DNA from: Stegostoma tigrinum
Lineage: Eukaryota
Length of the DNA: 64,000 nucleotides
NCBI RefSeq assembly: GCF_030684315.1
Contig: NC_081354.1
Coordinates: forward strand, 128,999,314-129,063,313
Reading direction: 5' to 3'
Position numbers and translations under genes: made by a program. Positions 36,801 through 48,863 of the stretch are shown in pieces (position 1 is the stretch's first letter; the number at the start of each line of letters is the position of its first letter). Below the pieces are notes generated by a model. That model was not told the origin of the DNA. It ran no database searches and worked only from the letters and a program-made list of their open reading frames with translations.

Positions 36801-38564
36801 AGTTCCCATTGGTCACGAAGAAAAGAAAAAGTTAGTACAACTTATTTACAATTTTTAAAAAAAACATTGTTTTCAGAAGGCATATGTCAGGCCAGACATA
36901 TCTCTAAAGAGAAACTGTATTTGCTTTCAGATCACATTCATTTGCTTAGTCGTGCTCTTGAGCTCCTATCGAAGCTATTTAAAATCAATGCCGTGCCGTT
37001 GCCTTGTACTTCCAAAAATCATCTTAAATGTCTGTAATGAAAACAACACGGCAAAAATCAATTTAAATCTCTCCCTCTCACAATTAAAAAGAGCTGGAAC
37101 AACTGCTTATTAATTTTCTGTGTGTTTATATAAGATGGATATATAACACATTCATCCATGAATACACAATTGAATATGTGTATGGAGAATGCAGTTACAA
37201 AGTTTAGAATACTGCAGTTTAAAAGGGAAGCAAATTTACTTTTGCTTTGTAACCTAACCCTAGGATGAGTTTTCGGATGTTGTTGAATAATTCGATCCGA
37301 AATTTAGTTTATATTATGAAACATTCCATTGAATTTAGCAACCCGAATCTAATCAATCCACTAAAGTATGTTGAATTTATTGGAATCCCTTGCTTCCGCG
37401 GTCCTTAAAGGAATCTGTTTCCCTTATCTCGCTCTCGTTATCCTTCGATTCAACAATGACTTCTGAACGTTCATCACCGCCGACTAAAAGTCAGTCTAGT
37501 AATTTCTTCTTATTTACAGCAGCGTCACTCTGATGTGGCCTGACTTCATTATATTACGGTTGAAAGTAAATTAAACTATTGGAGCCAAGAATGTGGGCCT
37601 GCCATTTAATGAGATCTCAACCGCGAAGTTAAATAGAAAATACTGCAGGGCGCAAAACAAGTGGAGAAAGAAGGTCAAGAAGATAGGCACAGACCGGACG
37701 GTTAGCGAGGGAATTATTCATTTCGTTGGCTCATTAGATTGATTCAGTTGAGTATCGAATTCTAAATCATACTGATAGATTTTAACTCAGTGCCTATCTA
37801 CTCCTGAATCTGTTTACACCTGGCACACAGCGTAGACGCTACATCGAACTGGCAGATACAAACCTAAGATTTTGATCAATAAAAAGAACAAATAAAAACC
37901 TGTCTGTCTCCGTAAGTTTGTCACTCAAATTTGAGAACTATTTAATGTCCAATTTTATTTCGGTACTATGTACTACATTAACATTGTAGCAATCGGCATC
38001 TGGAGGTGTAATACCTATAAATTATGGGAAAACCTGAGTGATTTTTTTTGTGTGTGAATTAAAGCACGACTTACATGATTGATTGTTTTTTTAAGGAAAG
38101 GAAGTTGCCAGACTCTTGATAAAAATCAATTGACCCCAGCAGTTGGGAGATACTGCAGTGATGAGAGCGGATGTAAGTTCCCAATGGCTCTGCTGTTTCC
38201 TAGTAACTGATGCCATTACTACCATGTGTTCACAGAAATATTAAAGATAACAGTCTGTTAAATACTGCACTCACTAGAACCTCTGTAGCATCTTAAAAAT
38301 ACAACAGACCTCGTAACAATCTGTGGATTCACACAGTAAAGAAATCTATCGCGTCATCTATTTTCAAGATATAACTATCCATGCAAACACAAATAAATGG
38401 CGGCACTTTGGGGGTTGGGGGCGTTCTGGTGGGAGTGAGAGGAAAGCGGGGTCGTTTGTTTATTTAAAAGAATTGCAGGCCCAGAGAAGTTTTTTTAAAG
38501 GTCTGTAGCCGATACCGGCCGAGGTTATTCCTATCCTGCTTGTTTGGTTATGAAACGTTTCCGG

Positions 38565-38566
<2 letters not shown>

Positions 38567-38608
<42 letters not shown>
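38567..38608. repeat. (AC)21 microsatellite
   Basis: Directly visible, about 0.65 kb beyond the ISL1 polyA signal. Confidence 0.95.
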
Positions 38609-38612
<4 letters not shown>

Positions 38613-39239
38613 AGAAAGATAATACATGAGCAGCACTAAATGCCAAATTTCCTTTTGTTAGACATATCATGGATAGATTCCGTGTATGGAATCACGGGAC
38701 TCCTCTTGTTATAGCCGCCTACTGCCTTTATCAGCTAATATCGGCACTTCCCAAAACTTGCGGTGCCAAGTTTACACACAGTCATAAACTTACCAGCACT
38801 GGTCAGCAGACATTTGAGCTGAAGCAAACAGGCTGAATTCCAGTTCACTCAGCGACTGGTAATATACCAGCAGAACGATGAATTGCAAAAGAAAGCGAAA
38901 AGTGTGAGAAATATTTTTCAATAATAATTTAAAACGAAAAAGTTAAACAGTGCTGGTTATCAATTATTGTTTACTTTTTCATTAACTTAAATTAAACGTG
39001 TTTCAAGGCTATACTAGCAAGACAAAGCCACAAAAAAGTAGATTTTTTTGCTGTGAGTCTTTAAAGGAATGGTGATTAAAATTCCCCAATTTAAAATCAG
39101 TCAGGTATAAAAGTATTTAGGTACGTGTATTTGACTATGAAGCCATTTTTAAAATGTTTTAAAACAAACAGTCAATTGCCCTAAGCTAATTTATCAAAAT
39201 GTAATGGCTAAATCTGCAAAAGGCTCATGTCATCTTTCT

Positions 39240-40350
39240 GTTATCTCAAAATTTTTATTAGTGAAATAATCTTGAAGATATATTTCTACATATGGCATTT
39301 TTTTTATTTTACATAATCTTCAAGAAAAGACAGGACACATAAAATTAGACATGTTTTCCAAAGACCACAGTACATGTTTTACTTCAGCAAACATAAAATG
39401 TCAAAAAGACATGAAAAGTGGCAAGTCTGTTGACAATAAATAATAAATTATTTATAATTTTGCAGTACAAGAACAAACAAAATGTTGCTTTCCAGAGCTA
39501 AAACTGTTGTTGGTAACTGTTTTAACCTAGAAGTATACACATCTTTGGGACAATTCTGGACGGACACGAATTCACACACAAATCCCACGAAGCTGTGGCA
39601 AAAAAGAGGTATACCTTGTTGCAATGCTTGAGCTTCTTAATAAAAAATAAAAAAATGAAATATCAGTAGTTGCCTTCATACTTTCATTGCAGGGACTGTA
39701 ATCTCATGAATCAACTACATGCTAACGATCTAGGATCCAACAGTCCTTAGATATAGGTCAACTAAAAGCATTGCAAAAATGCAACTATACCTTTCAGAAC
39801 TGATCCTTTAGGTCAGTCACTGAACTACTTAGGCTGTGGTACATTCTGCATGTCACGATTGTCTTTCCAGTCCACCTTCTGCAGATGTATGGGACTCTTC
39901 TGGGTTTTTGTTTTGGCAAAGCTGACCCACTGATGTCCTTTCTAGGCAGCACCACTGAAGATGTTGGGATTATAATGTCTCCACTGGATCATCTCCTCTG
40001 TTTATGTGTGCAACACATTCAAATCACATCTCTCAGGATATTGAATGTACATCCTTTTCTACAGCTTCAAAAATGTTTTTGCATGAAGTCCTGGATGTCT
40101 GGAGTGTCTCTTCTATTTGCACTTGTAGCCAGATCCCACTTTAGTGTCTGATTGTCGTCACAGTGTTGCCAGGGTACAACATTGGTTGTTTGAACACAGA
40201 GACATCGTGCAAACGGATGATGGCTGCTTTCTGATCAGACATGGACCAGGTTGCATGAACTTTTTTTTTAAAAAAGTGTGGGCCAGAGAGTTTTGAGGGT
40301 CCAGGGTTCCTCATGGCTCTCTGTAGGGCTGCACTGAGAGTCCAGGATCC
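39240..40350 (-). other. ISL1: ISL1 3'UTR (about 1.1 kb) with AU-rich distal part
   Basis: Runs from the stop codon to the AATAAA at 39254-39259. Contains UAAUUUAUUAUUUAUUG near 39433-39449. The exact cleavage site is inferred. Confidence 0.7.
39254..39259 (-). terminator. Polyadenylation signal AATAAA of ISL1
   Basis: Minus strand ...ATTATTTCACT-AATAAA-AATTTTGAG. The context resembles my recollection of the mammalian ISL1 mRNA end (not verified by alignment). Confidence 0.7.
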
Positions 40351-40467
40351 TCATGCTTCTATAGGACTTGCTACCATGCTGTTTGGTGTGTCAGGGAGTT
40401 GGGAGGACATGGACGCTACTTCACTTCCAGTGGAGTTAGAACCTGGCCCTCCCTCTGAAAAATTAAC
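40351..40467 (-). CDS. ISL1: ISL1 coding exon 6 (C-terminus and stop)
   Basis: tttacag|GTTAATTTTTCAGAG...GAAGCATGA; 117 nt; [38 protein letters not shown]. Absent from the ORF track; read directly. Confidence 0.97.
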
Positions 40468-40862
40468 CTGTAAAAATCATAGTAAATCAATGATCTCTGG
40501 CCTCTTTAAAATGTTGACATAATCCAAAGTCACACATATCAGAAAATAACATTCATTAAAAATATATTTTTAACAATTTTAACTATAGATTTACAATGAT
40601 TTGCAATAATTTTTTTATCAATGACAAACAAGTTACAATAAACAGTTGGGCTTTTTGCCAAGTTACCTTTAAAGTGCTGTGTATCTACGTTGAAAACAAT
40701 AGCAAAATCAAGATCTCCTCATAAAGCACAAGAGGGCTAGTTACATTTCTCAGTGCAACATTTAATGGTGTAAAATTTACATATTTTTTCCCAAAAGCAC
40801 ACAATGAATTGATATACTTTGTGGAAATGTTTTGTCTGTGATAAAACATTACAAATCTATTT

Positions 40863-41019
40863 AAGATAACAAAGTGTGGAGCTGGATGAACACAGCAGGC
40901 CAAGCAGCATCTTAGGAGCAGAAAATCTGACATTTCGGGCCTAGACCCTTCATCAGAGTGTTCATCCAGCTCCACACTTTGTTATCTTGGATTTTCCAGC
41001 ATCTGCAGTTCCCATTATC
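40863..41019. mobile_element. Inverted Penelope pLTR mini-insertion in ISL1 intron 5 with 12-bp TSD
   Basis: ACAAATCTATTT at 40851-40862 and 41020-41031; perfect 31-bp inverted repeat 40863-40893 / 40958-40988. Confidence 0.92.
40929..40956 (-). ncRNA. Minimal hammerhead ribozyme motif, sense to ISL1 pre-mRNA
   Basis: Minus strand CUGAUGA-A-GGGUCUAGGCCC-GAAA-UG-UC. Confidence 0.65.
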
Positions 41020-41557
41020 ACAAATCTATTTGGCCCTTTGGTACTGCACTTATTTTGCACATTGAAGAAAGATAACATTTCCTGTCATTAACTAAATAAA
41101 TGACAAGAAATGACAGTGTACTGCAAACAAGAAAGGCAGGAAAAAATATTATAATTTGTTTTGGGATAACTGCAAAGGAGTCAACACTGGCCTCAAAGAG
41201 TTAAGCTGAATAGGTTTACAAAACTTATTAATTGTATTGTACATGACATGCATTTTGAAGACACCTTATACCAATATTTTAACTTTTGTAACCCAAATGC
41301 ATTGTTTGTTTACTGTCAAAGGGAAGCACAATTTAAGCTATACTCCCATTCAGTATAGCAACCATGGGTAGCAATACTTTACAATATATAAAGCAGTCAG
41401 TGTATCACATTCAAAAGGATAAAATCGTGGGCTAATTATTCAGTGACAACATTGCTCTATCACTGTGATCATATAAAGCTGGACTCTTTATATTTACCTT
41501 TACAAAACAGTTAGGTGAAATAAAGAACCTTCAGCTCCATTCTTCACAGTTAATTTT

Positions 41558-43011
41558 TAGAACATAGAACATAGAACATAGAACAGTACAGCACAGAACA
41601 GGCCCTTCAGCCCACAATGTTGTGCCGACCATTGATCCTCATGGATGCACCCTCAAATTTCTGTGACCATATGCATGTCCAACAGTCTCTTAAATGACCC
41701 CAATGACCTTGCTTCCACAACTGCTGCTGGCAACGCATTCCATGCTCTCACAACTCTCTGCGTAAAGAACCTGCCTCTGACATCCCCTCTATACTTTCCA
41801 CCAACCAGCTTAAAACTATGACCCCTCGTGCTAGCCATTTCTGCCCTGGGAAATAGTCTCTGGCTATCGACTCTATCTATGCCTCTCATTATCTTGTATA
41901 CCTCAATTAGGTCCCCTCTCCTCCTCCTTTTCTCCAATGAAAAGAGACCGAGCTCAGTCAACCTCTCTTCATAAGATAAGCCCTCCAGTCCAGGCAGCAT
42001 CCTGGTAAACCTCCTCTGAACCCTCTCCAAAGCATCCACATCTTTCCTATAATAGGGCGCCCAGAACTGGACGCAGTATTCCAAGTGCGGTCTAACCAAA
42101 GTTTTATAGAGCTGCAACAAGATCTCACGACTCTTAAACTCAATCCCCCTGTTAATGAAAGCCAAAACACCATATGCTTTCTTAACAACCCTGTCCACTT
42201 GGGTGGCCATTTTAAGGGATCTATGTATCTGCACACCAAGATCCCTCTGTTCCTCCACGCTGCCAAGAATCCTATCCTTAATCCTGTACTCAGTTTTCAA
42301 ATTCGACCTTCCAAAATGCATCACCTCGCATTTATCCAGGTTGAACTCCATCTGCCACCTCTCAGCCCATCTCTGCATCCTGTCAATGTCCCGCTGCAGC
42401 CTACAACAGCCCTCTACACTGTCAACGACACCTCCGACCTTTGTGTCGTCTGCAAACTTGCTGACCCATCCTTCAATTCCCTCGTCCAAGTCATTAATAA
42501 AAATTACAAACAGTAGAGGCCCAAGGACAGAGCCCTGTGGAACCCCACTCACCACTGACTTCCAGGCAGAATATTTTCCTTCTACTACCACTCGCTGTCT
42601 TCTGTTGGCCAGCCAATTCTGTATCCAAGCAGCTAAGTTCCCCTGTATCCCATTCCTCCTGACCTTCTGAATGAGCCTTCCATGGGGAACCTTATCAAAT
42701 GCCTTACTGAAGTCCATATACACCACATCCACAGCTTGACCCTCATCAACCTTACTAATCACATCCTCAAAAAACTCGATAAGGTTTGTAAGGCATGACC
42801 TACCCCTCACAAAGCCGTGTTGACTGTATTTGATCAAGCCATGCTCTTCCAGATGGTCATAAATCTTATCCCTCAGAATCCTTTCTAACACCTTGCAGAC
42901 GACAGACGTGAGACTTACCGGTCTATAATTGCCGGGGATTTCCCTATTTCCTTTCTTGAAGAGAGGAATTACATTTGCCTCTCTCCAGTCCTCAGGTACG
43001 ACTCCAGTGGA
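41558..43011 (-). mobile_element. Young 5'-truncated CR1/HER1 LINE in ISL1 intron 5 with uninterrupted RT ORF
   Basis: About 450 open codons (TGVVPEDWREANV...SGVPQGSVLGP...KFADD...LDMHM); minus-strand (TTCTATG)n tail at 41558-41585. The start of ORF 41653..43056 lies in flanking DNA. Confidence 0.97.
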
Positions 43012-43589
43012 GTTACTTAGAAAATTAGTGAGAAAGGTTTCCTTACTGTCAATCAACCAATTTTGATAACACTAAACCTAAAGCTGAGGAGAATACAGCA
43101 ACAACATCCATTTTGTCTCATTTAAATGGCTGTGTTTGAAATTCAAATCTGTTTATCTCATGATACATATGTGTCCCGCCTTCAATACTGTAGGCTCCCT
43201 TTCTATCTACCTCTTAAAATTAAATAATCAGTGGTGTTTTGAATTTAAAGTATATTATTTAAAATGCTTGTTTGACAATACTTGGAATAAAATAGAAATG
43301 AATGTTTCAGACAAAAAGCCATCATCAGTGTAAAATATTAAACACAAACTATACTTGAATATGGAAGAAAGCTTGAGTAAACATTACAGATTGTTTTTAA
43401 CCTCCTGCATTCTTGATGGTCAACGAAATGAAAATACTAAGGCTGACAAAAGAGGGATTCTGCAATTTTTATATCCATGAATTGTCTATATATGGATTGG
43501 TGTGTAGCACGTCCCCTGATTGAAGTGATTTCTGGTGCAGGCTGTATTGTGGTAGTGGTGATGGTGTTCTGCATGTTGCTGGCACTCAC

Positions 43590-43757
43590 CAGTTGCTGAA
43601 ATGCAGGCTGTTCTATATCACTCTGCAAAGCGAAGTCACTCAAAACTTTCCAAGGAGGCTGGTAACTCTGCACCTCCACTGGATTGGCTTGCAAACTGCT
43701 GTCATGTCTTTCAGGACTGGCAGCCACCATTGGGGTCCCTGTCATCCCCTGGATATT
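43590..43757 (-). CDS. ISL1: ISL1 coding exon 5 (Lhx3/4-binding region)
   Basis: tttctggag|AATATCCAG...CAGCAACTG|gtgagt; 168 nt; [56 protein letters not shown]. Confidence 0.96.
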
Positions 43758-44629
43758 CTCCAGAAACAAAATAACAGTACTCATTACTGATTTTATACAT
43801 AAAAACACATATTTATCATCTACCTTCCTTTCTTATTATTTGAACAAAACATGTGACTCAACAGCCATCTGTTTTAGACATCTTATGTCATGATGACACT
43901 GATAAAAATCACATAAGCCACTTCTGTGACATGGCAAAAATGCAGTGTACAATCTTGGTTTTCCCAATACATACAGTGGTATGTTATTGAAATAATTACA
44001 TACACTTCAACGTCAAAACAGCATGTTGTAGTACCATGCATAAAATAGGAGTGGAAAATGCAAATTACATTGAAAAGGCATTGTAACCAATGTTATCATG
44101 GCATAGCCCAAACTTTGGTAGTTTATCTATATAAAGGCCACTTCCAAGGTTGAAAAAATAAGGTATTTATTTATTGCAAAACATGTTCTTGTTAAGACAA
44201 GAGATATAAAAGGTAAAGTCAGATGTTCTGAATCTAAGGCAATCCAAAATCAAAGAGAAACTTCTGATATTTGTATATTAATTAACCAATCCAATAATTG
44301 CAATCTGGGGAAAGGGAAGAAAAGTGCTTGTTTGTCAGTATAAGCAATTGCGTCATTTGAAAAAACTTGTATAAAATTATGAAGACATTCGGACTGAACA
44401 AGAAAGACCTGTGAAACCTAAATTTGAAGGAGACAATTTAATTAGATTTTAAATTAGATATAGATACGGCAACACTTCTGTGACTAGAATTCCAACTATC
44501 ATGAAAAAAACACCGGTGTTTGCAACGTGATGGGATATAACTGTCAACTCTTTGTGTCCCAATTTGCATGGAAATAATCTCGTCTCATGTCAACGTTGCC
44601 ATGAAAGTTTGGGATGACAAATCACTTAC

Positions 44630-44916
44630 TGTTTTGTCGTTGGGTTGTTGCTGTTGCAGTTGTTTCATGAGGATGCTCTTCTTTTTGTCCTTACAACGCT
44701 TGTTTTGAAACCAGACTCTAATGACACGGGGGCTCAAGCCTGTCATTTCTACGAGCTGCTCTTTCATGAGTGCATCGGGCCTGGGGTTGGCTGCATAACA
44801 AGTCCGTAATGTATGGAGCTGCTTCTCATTCAGAACTGTGCGCACCCGGGTCGTCTTTTCGGGTTGCTTGTGAACGTGCGGCCTCAAAGCGGGTTGTCGG
44901 GCAGAAATGGGCTCTG
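44630..44916 (-). CDS. ISL1: ISL1 coding exon 4 (homeodomain)
   Basis: tttacag|CAGAGCCC...GACAAAACA|gtaagt; 287 nt; includes [59 protein letters not shown]. Confidence 0.98.
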
Positions 44917-47152
44917 CTGTAAAAACAGGCAATACATCCTAAATTTGATGACCAGCAATATGGGCAATACTACATAGTCTCATACTTTGCTCTGGCAATG
45001 GCAGGAGTCATATTAATACCACTTCTTGGACCGACTTGCAACACGCACAAAAAAAACAGCGAGCAGAAAATTAACGTTTTTGGAGTTTGTCTGAGAACCT
45101 AGTTTAGAATGAAGCATAAGGTTAAAAGGTCACAATAAAATAAAGTTATTAGTTAGCTTCGAACTGTACGGTATAACTCGAAAAGCCAAAACAAATCAAT
45201 CATCAATATCTCTTAAACACGGTATGTATATTCCAATTATCTGTTGGTATCAATTACATTTAAATAAATCAAAAACAATGTTTATGGGACGAGGTTTCAG
45301 GTTCGACTGCAACAAAATAAAAGCATTCTCTAGTTATCACAACACTAATTACAGTCAACTCCATACCAATACATTTCTGAAAGAAGTCCATTGCTGATAT
45401 AAATAAGCGGTCTTGTACGGGAAGACAAGCAGTTAGTGACTCGTCACGCGTTATAATCGCCGCTGTTGTACAAGTTTATATTGCAGCAGTTTTGTTTTCA
45501 ATGTACAGAGTCAGGCTCCACTCTCTCTGCAGTCAGATATGTGATGTGATAAACGGGGCTCCCGCAAAGTTTCAAGGGTGTGATCAGAGAATTACAGTGT
45601 TTGATGTGTTTATGAAAGGTTCAGTGAACCGTGCACCAAGTAAAATTAGATTTTCTAAAATCCGCCCACAATCGTGTTCCCCTGAAATATTGTTTCTATG
45701 AAAGAGATCTCGATGGAACTCATCAAAGAAAAAAATTGTATTGCAGCAGTAAAGTGTTTAGTGGTCATTAGTCAGTCATAAACCAAAAAAAAACTTTTCA
45801 ATGAAAATAAATGTACTACAAGGCATTTGGTGAGCTTCTGGCATGAAAAGATAACATTGTATAAAAAGGGTGAGCACGTTGTCCCGTTAAATAAGTTATT
45901 AAACTTTGTAAAACAAAATAATCTCATGTTGTGAAAAATACAACCCAGCATTATCAATGGACGTAATTTGATATTTAATGCCAAACACGTTATTTGATCA
46001 ACGTTACATCTGCATAACGTTTACACTTGCAATTCCGGTCATATCTAAAATATATCCTCCTGTAAGGAACAATAAGAAATCCAGCACTATCGCTGTGCAA
46101 CATTAAGATCTAATATTTACACTGGAATAAAGTATTAAAGGCGACAGACGCTATTTGAAATAACTTCAAAACGTGTCATTACGCAGGTTTCAAATCGATT
46201 CTCTTTCGGAATGTAATGTATTGTAAAAAAAAAGACTATGTTTCAATTATTTTTAGGGGGCGTAGATTTTTCTTTAAAAGCACATTCCAAAGCCCATGCT
46301 GATTTTAAAAGACTACACCAAATAATCTGCGAGGGCTCTCATCTGATGTATGAAATTCCCAAGACTTCTTAAAAATATTGGGATTGTAGAAATAATTCTC
46401 AGACCTCTTCAAATGTACCTCAAAATCCATGATTAATATTGTCAGTTACATAAGCAAAGATAGCAAGTTGCACTGATAAAACAAGTATATTCTACACAAA
46501 CATAACATGCTGTCACTGCGAAATACTTCAGTCATGATATTTTAGCTGCCCTCATGTTGACCTGTCCAACTCATATTCACAGAAGTCTTTACAAAACTAG
46601 TTTGTATAAAGATGGTTTCAGATTAACTCGCTTCAATAGCAATGCGAACATTTCTAAGTGAAACCAGGCTTCTTCAAAAATTGAATCTCAAATAATTAAA
46701 CAGTTCAACTTGAATCACAAGGTAATCGGAGACTATTCTCCTCCAAAACTTTTATAAACTAGCCCAGTCATTTAACACAGAAGAACAGTGTGCTCTGATT
46801 CATAATCCCTGCATTTGTTTGTAATTTATCCTGATTACCTTTAAATTTAACATATACAATCAAGTACAAAATGCACGGCACAAGGAAAGCACGCACTTGG
46901 AACCCGCCTGTGCAGAGCTCCATTGTCAAGATTCAAACCATGCATTCCAGTTCTCCAATGAAACGTCTTAGTAAAACATTCAGAAATTTAAACTTTACAA
47001 TGTGAAACTGGTTGCGGCTGTACATCGTTTTCACGTTTACAACAATGTTCAAAATGTTGCATTGCAACTGGAGACAGCATAAAATAGTTATTTGCTTCAC
47101 ACGATGTATGGATGGACTCTCAGATAAAACCAAGTTTTGAAAGCGTACATAC

Positions 47153-47409
47153 CCGCCATCTGTAGGGGTCTATTGCCGTGCATAGGACTGAGGGGATCTG
47201 GGCCGACCGAGGCTCGCTCTACAACATCGTGATCAGCCCGGCAGAACAGTCCGTCTTCCCGCAATGCGAACTCATCACCGGGGATGAGTTGGCGACTGCA
47301 CGCCACACAGCGGAAACAGTCGATGTGATACACCTTACTACGAGCTCTCATCACAAAGTCATTCTTACTGAATCCTATATTACACTTTGCACATTTAGTT
47401 CCGTACAAT
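47153..47409 (-). CDS. ISL1: ISL1 coding exon 3 (LIM domain 2)
   Basis: ttgcag|ATTGTACGGA...CAGATGGCGG|gtatgt; 257 nt; [85 protein letters not shown]. Confidence 0.98.
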
Positions 47410-48673
47410 CTGCAATTCATAGGAGAAAAAAAAGAGACATTTACTAAAGGATCAAAAGTGATACCCGGTGTGTGTCACAGGCTTTTCATACAAAGAACTA
47501 AAGTGATCCTAGACGCAAAAAGCCAAGACCATATGACTTGTGAATTGATTCTGTAAGTTATCATAATACAGAAAATGTAATTTAAACTAAATTATTCTTC
47601 ATATTGATCGGAAGACAAATTATATTTCCGAACAGTTTAATAGTCGTTCACAAAACCGTGTTGCGATTCTACATAACGTTAAAACTATTTTTTAATGCAA
47701 TTGAGCCGAGCTCTTCATGATAGTCAAACATGCAACGTGTTTCTTCACTGTCCAACGTGAAGTTTGTTGACAGATTTTCGAACAGAGTACATTCATCATA
47801 ATCTAAAGTGATGTTCAATCCTTATACACATTGCAGGTTTATTTCATAAAAGCAGGCTCTCGTTTTTGTGAAAAAGAGTCCAAACTAAAAATGTTCTTTA
47901 ATCCAAACTAAAAATGTTATTTAAGAACATTTATTGTCAAAAGTCGTGATTTTAAGAGTCAGTGTTCTAATCAGTGACAATGTATTTCAATTTGTTTTTC
48001 AACGTCCTGCAGCAGTCTTCATGTTAAACTTGATCCTCTCCGTTCAGTAGAAAATTACATAAAGCGTTTTAAAATCAACATAAGATCTTGAACGTGGTAT
48101 ATGGCACTGAAAGTTCTCACAGTATTCAAAAAGACCTATGTTGTAAAATATTCAATTGTGCTACAATAATTCTCCATATGACAGAGCCCATTGGAGCTGA
48201 TTTACACTTTCAACACCAATTTCACATTTTTATGCATAATTACGAATAATGGGAAATACACAAACTTATACTGATAACAGTGACGGTTTTAAACGAATTG
48301 CTGTCCCTCGTAAACATTTAAACAACGGTTTCGGTGATAAACGCTTTCTTTTAAAGATCAGATTTGTGGATAGTAGACTTGGGAAGATTCATATATTCTG
48401 AGTACACAGATTCAGTGCCTACTAAAGGAAGCAGTCACAATTATCTAAATACGTGAATTGTTCGCTGCCAAATAATGGGCAATTTGATCTCGTCGACCGC
48501 CAGTTGAGATAAGATAAGGCCAAACAGGTAGGAAGAAAGCCACTGAAGGGTTAATATTGGAAATTGGGGGTTGGGGGTGGGGGGTGGGGAGTCGGCGTCA
48601 TTTAGAGTCAGCGCAGCGCAGTTTAATGAAATGATGTACGATATTTTAACAAGAATGTCCAAAATTTACTCAC

Positions 48674-48863
48674 CGAATATAGTCTCTCTTGCAGTACGTT
48701 TTTCCATCCCTAACGAAGCAGGTACACGTTTCGTCCAAATACTGATTACACTCTGCACATTTAAGACAAGCTGCATGCCATTCCAGATCCGGAGAAACTC
48801 GAAGGATATACTGGTCATGAATCTGATTCCCACAACCGACACACAGTGAAATAAGGCGTTTTT
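48674..48863 (-). CDS. ISL1: ISL1 coding exon 2 (LIM domain 1)
   Basis: tttacag|AAAAACGC...TATATTCG|gtgagt; 190 nt; encodes [63 protein letters not shown]. Phase matches exon 1. Confidence 0.98.

Noticed and set aside
41653-43056. 467-aa ORF as a host or domesticated gene
   Set aside because: It is a 5'-truncated CR1 ORF2 with a LINE tail; the start codon lies in flanking intron DNA and similar copies occur in the window.
43437-43808. ORF extensions beyond the ISL1 exons (also 44585..44932, 47097..47420, 48670..48933)
   Set aside because: Similarity to Islet-1 stops exactly at GT/AG splice sites; the extensions are intron read-through.
47879-47924. 23-bp tandem duplication in intron 2
   Set aside because: Two copies only; an ordinary slippage duplication with no evident function.
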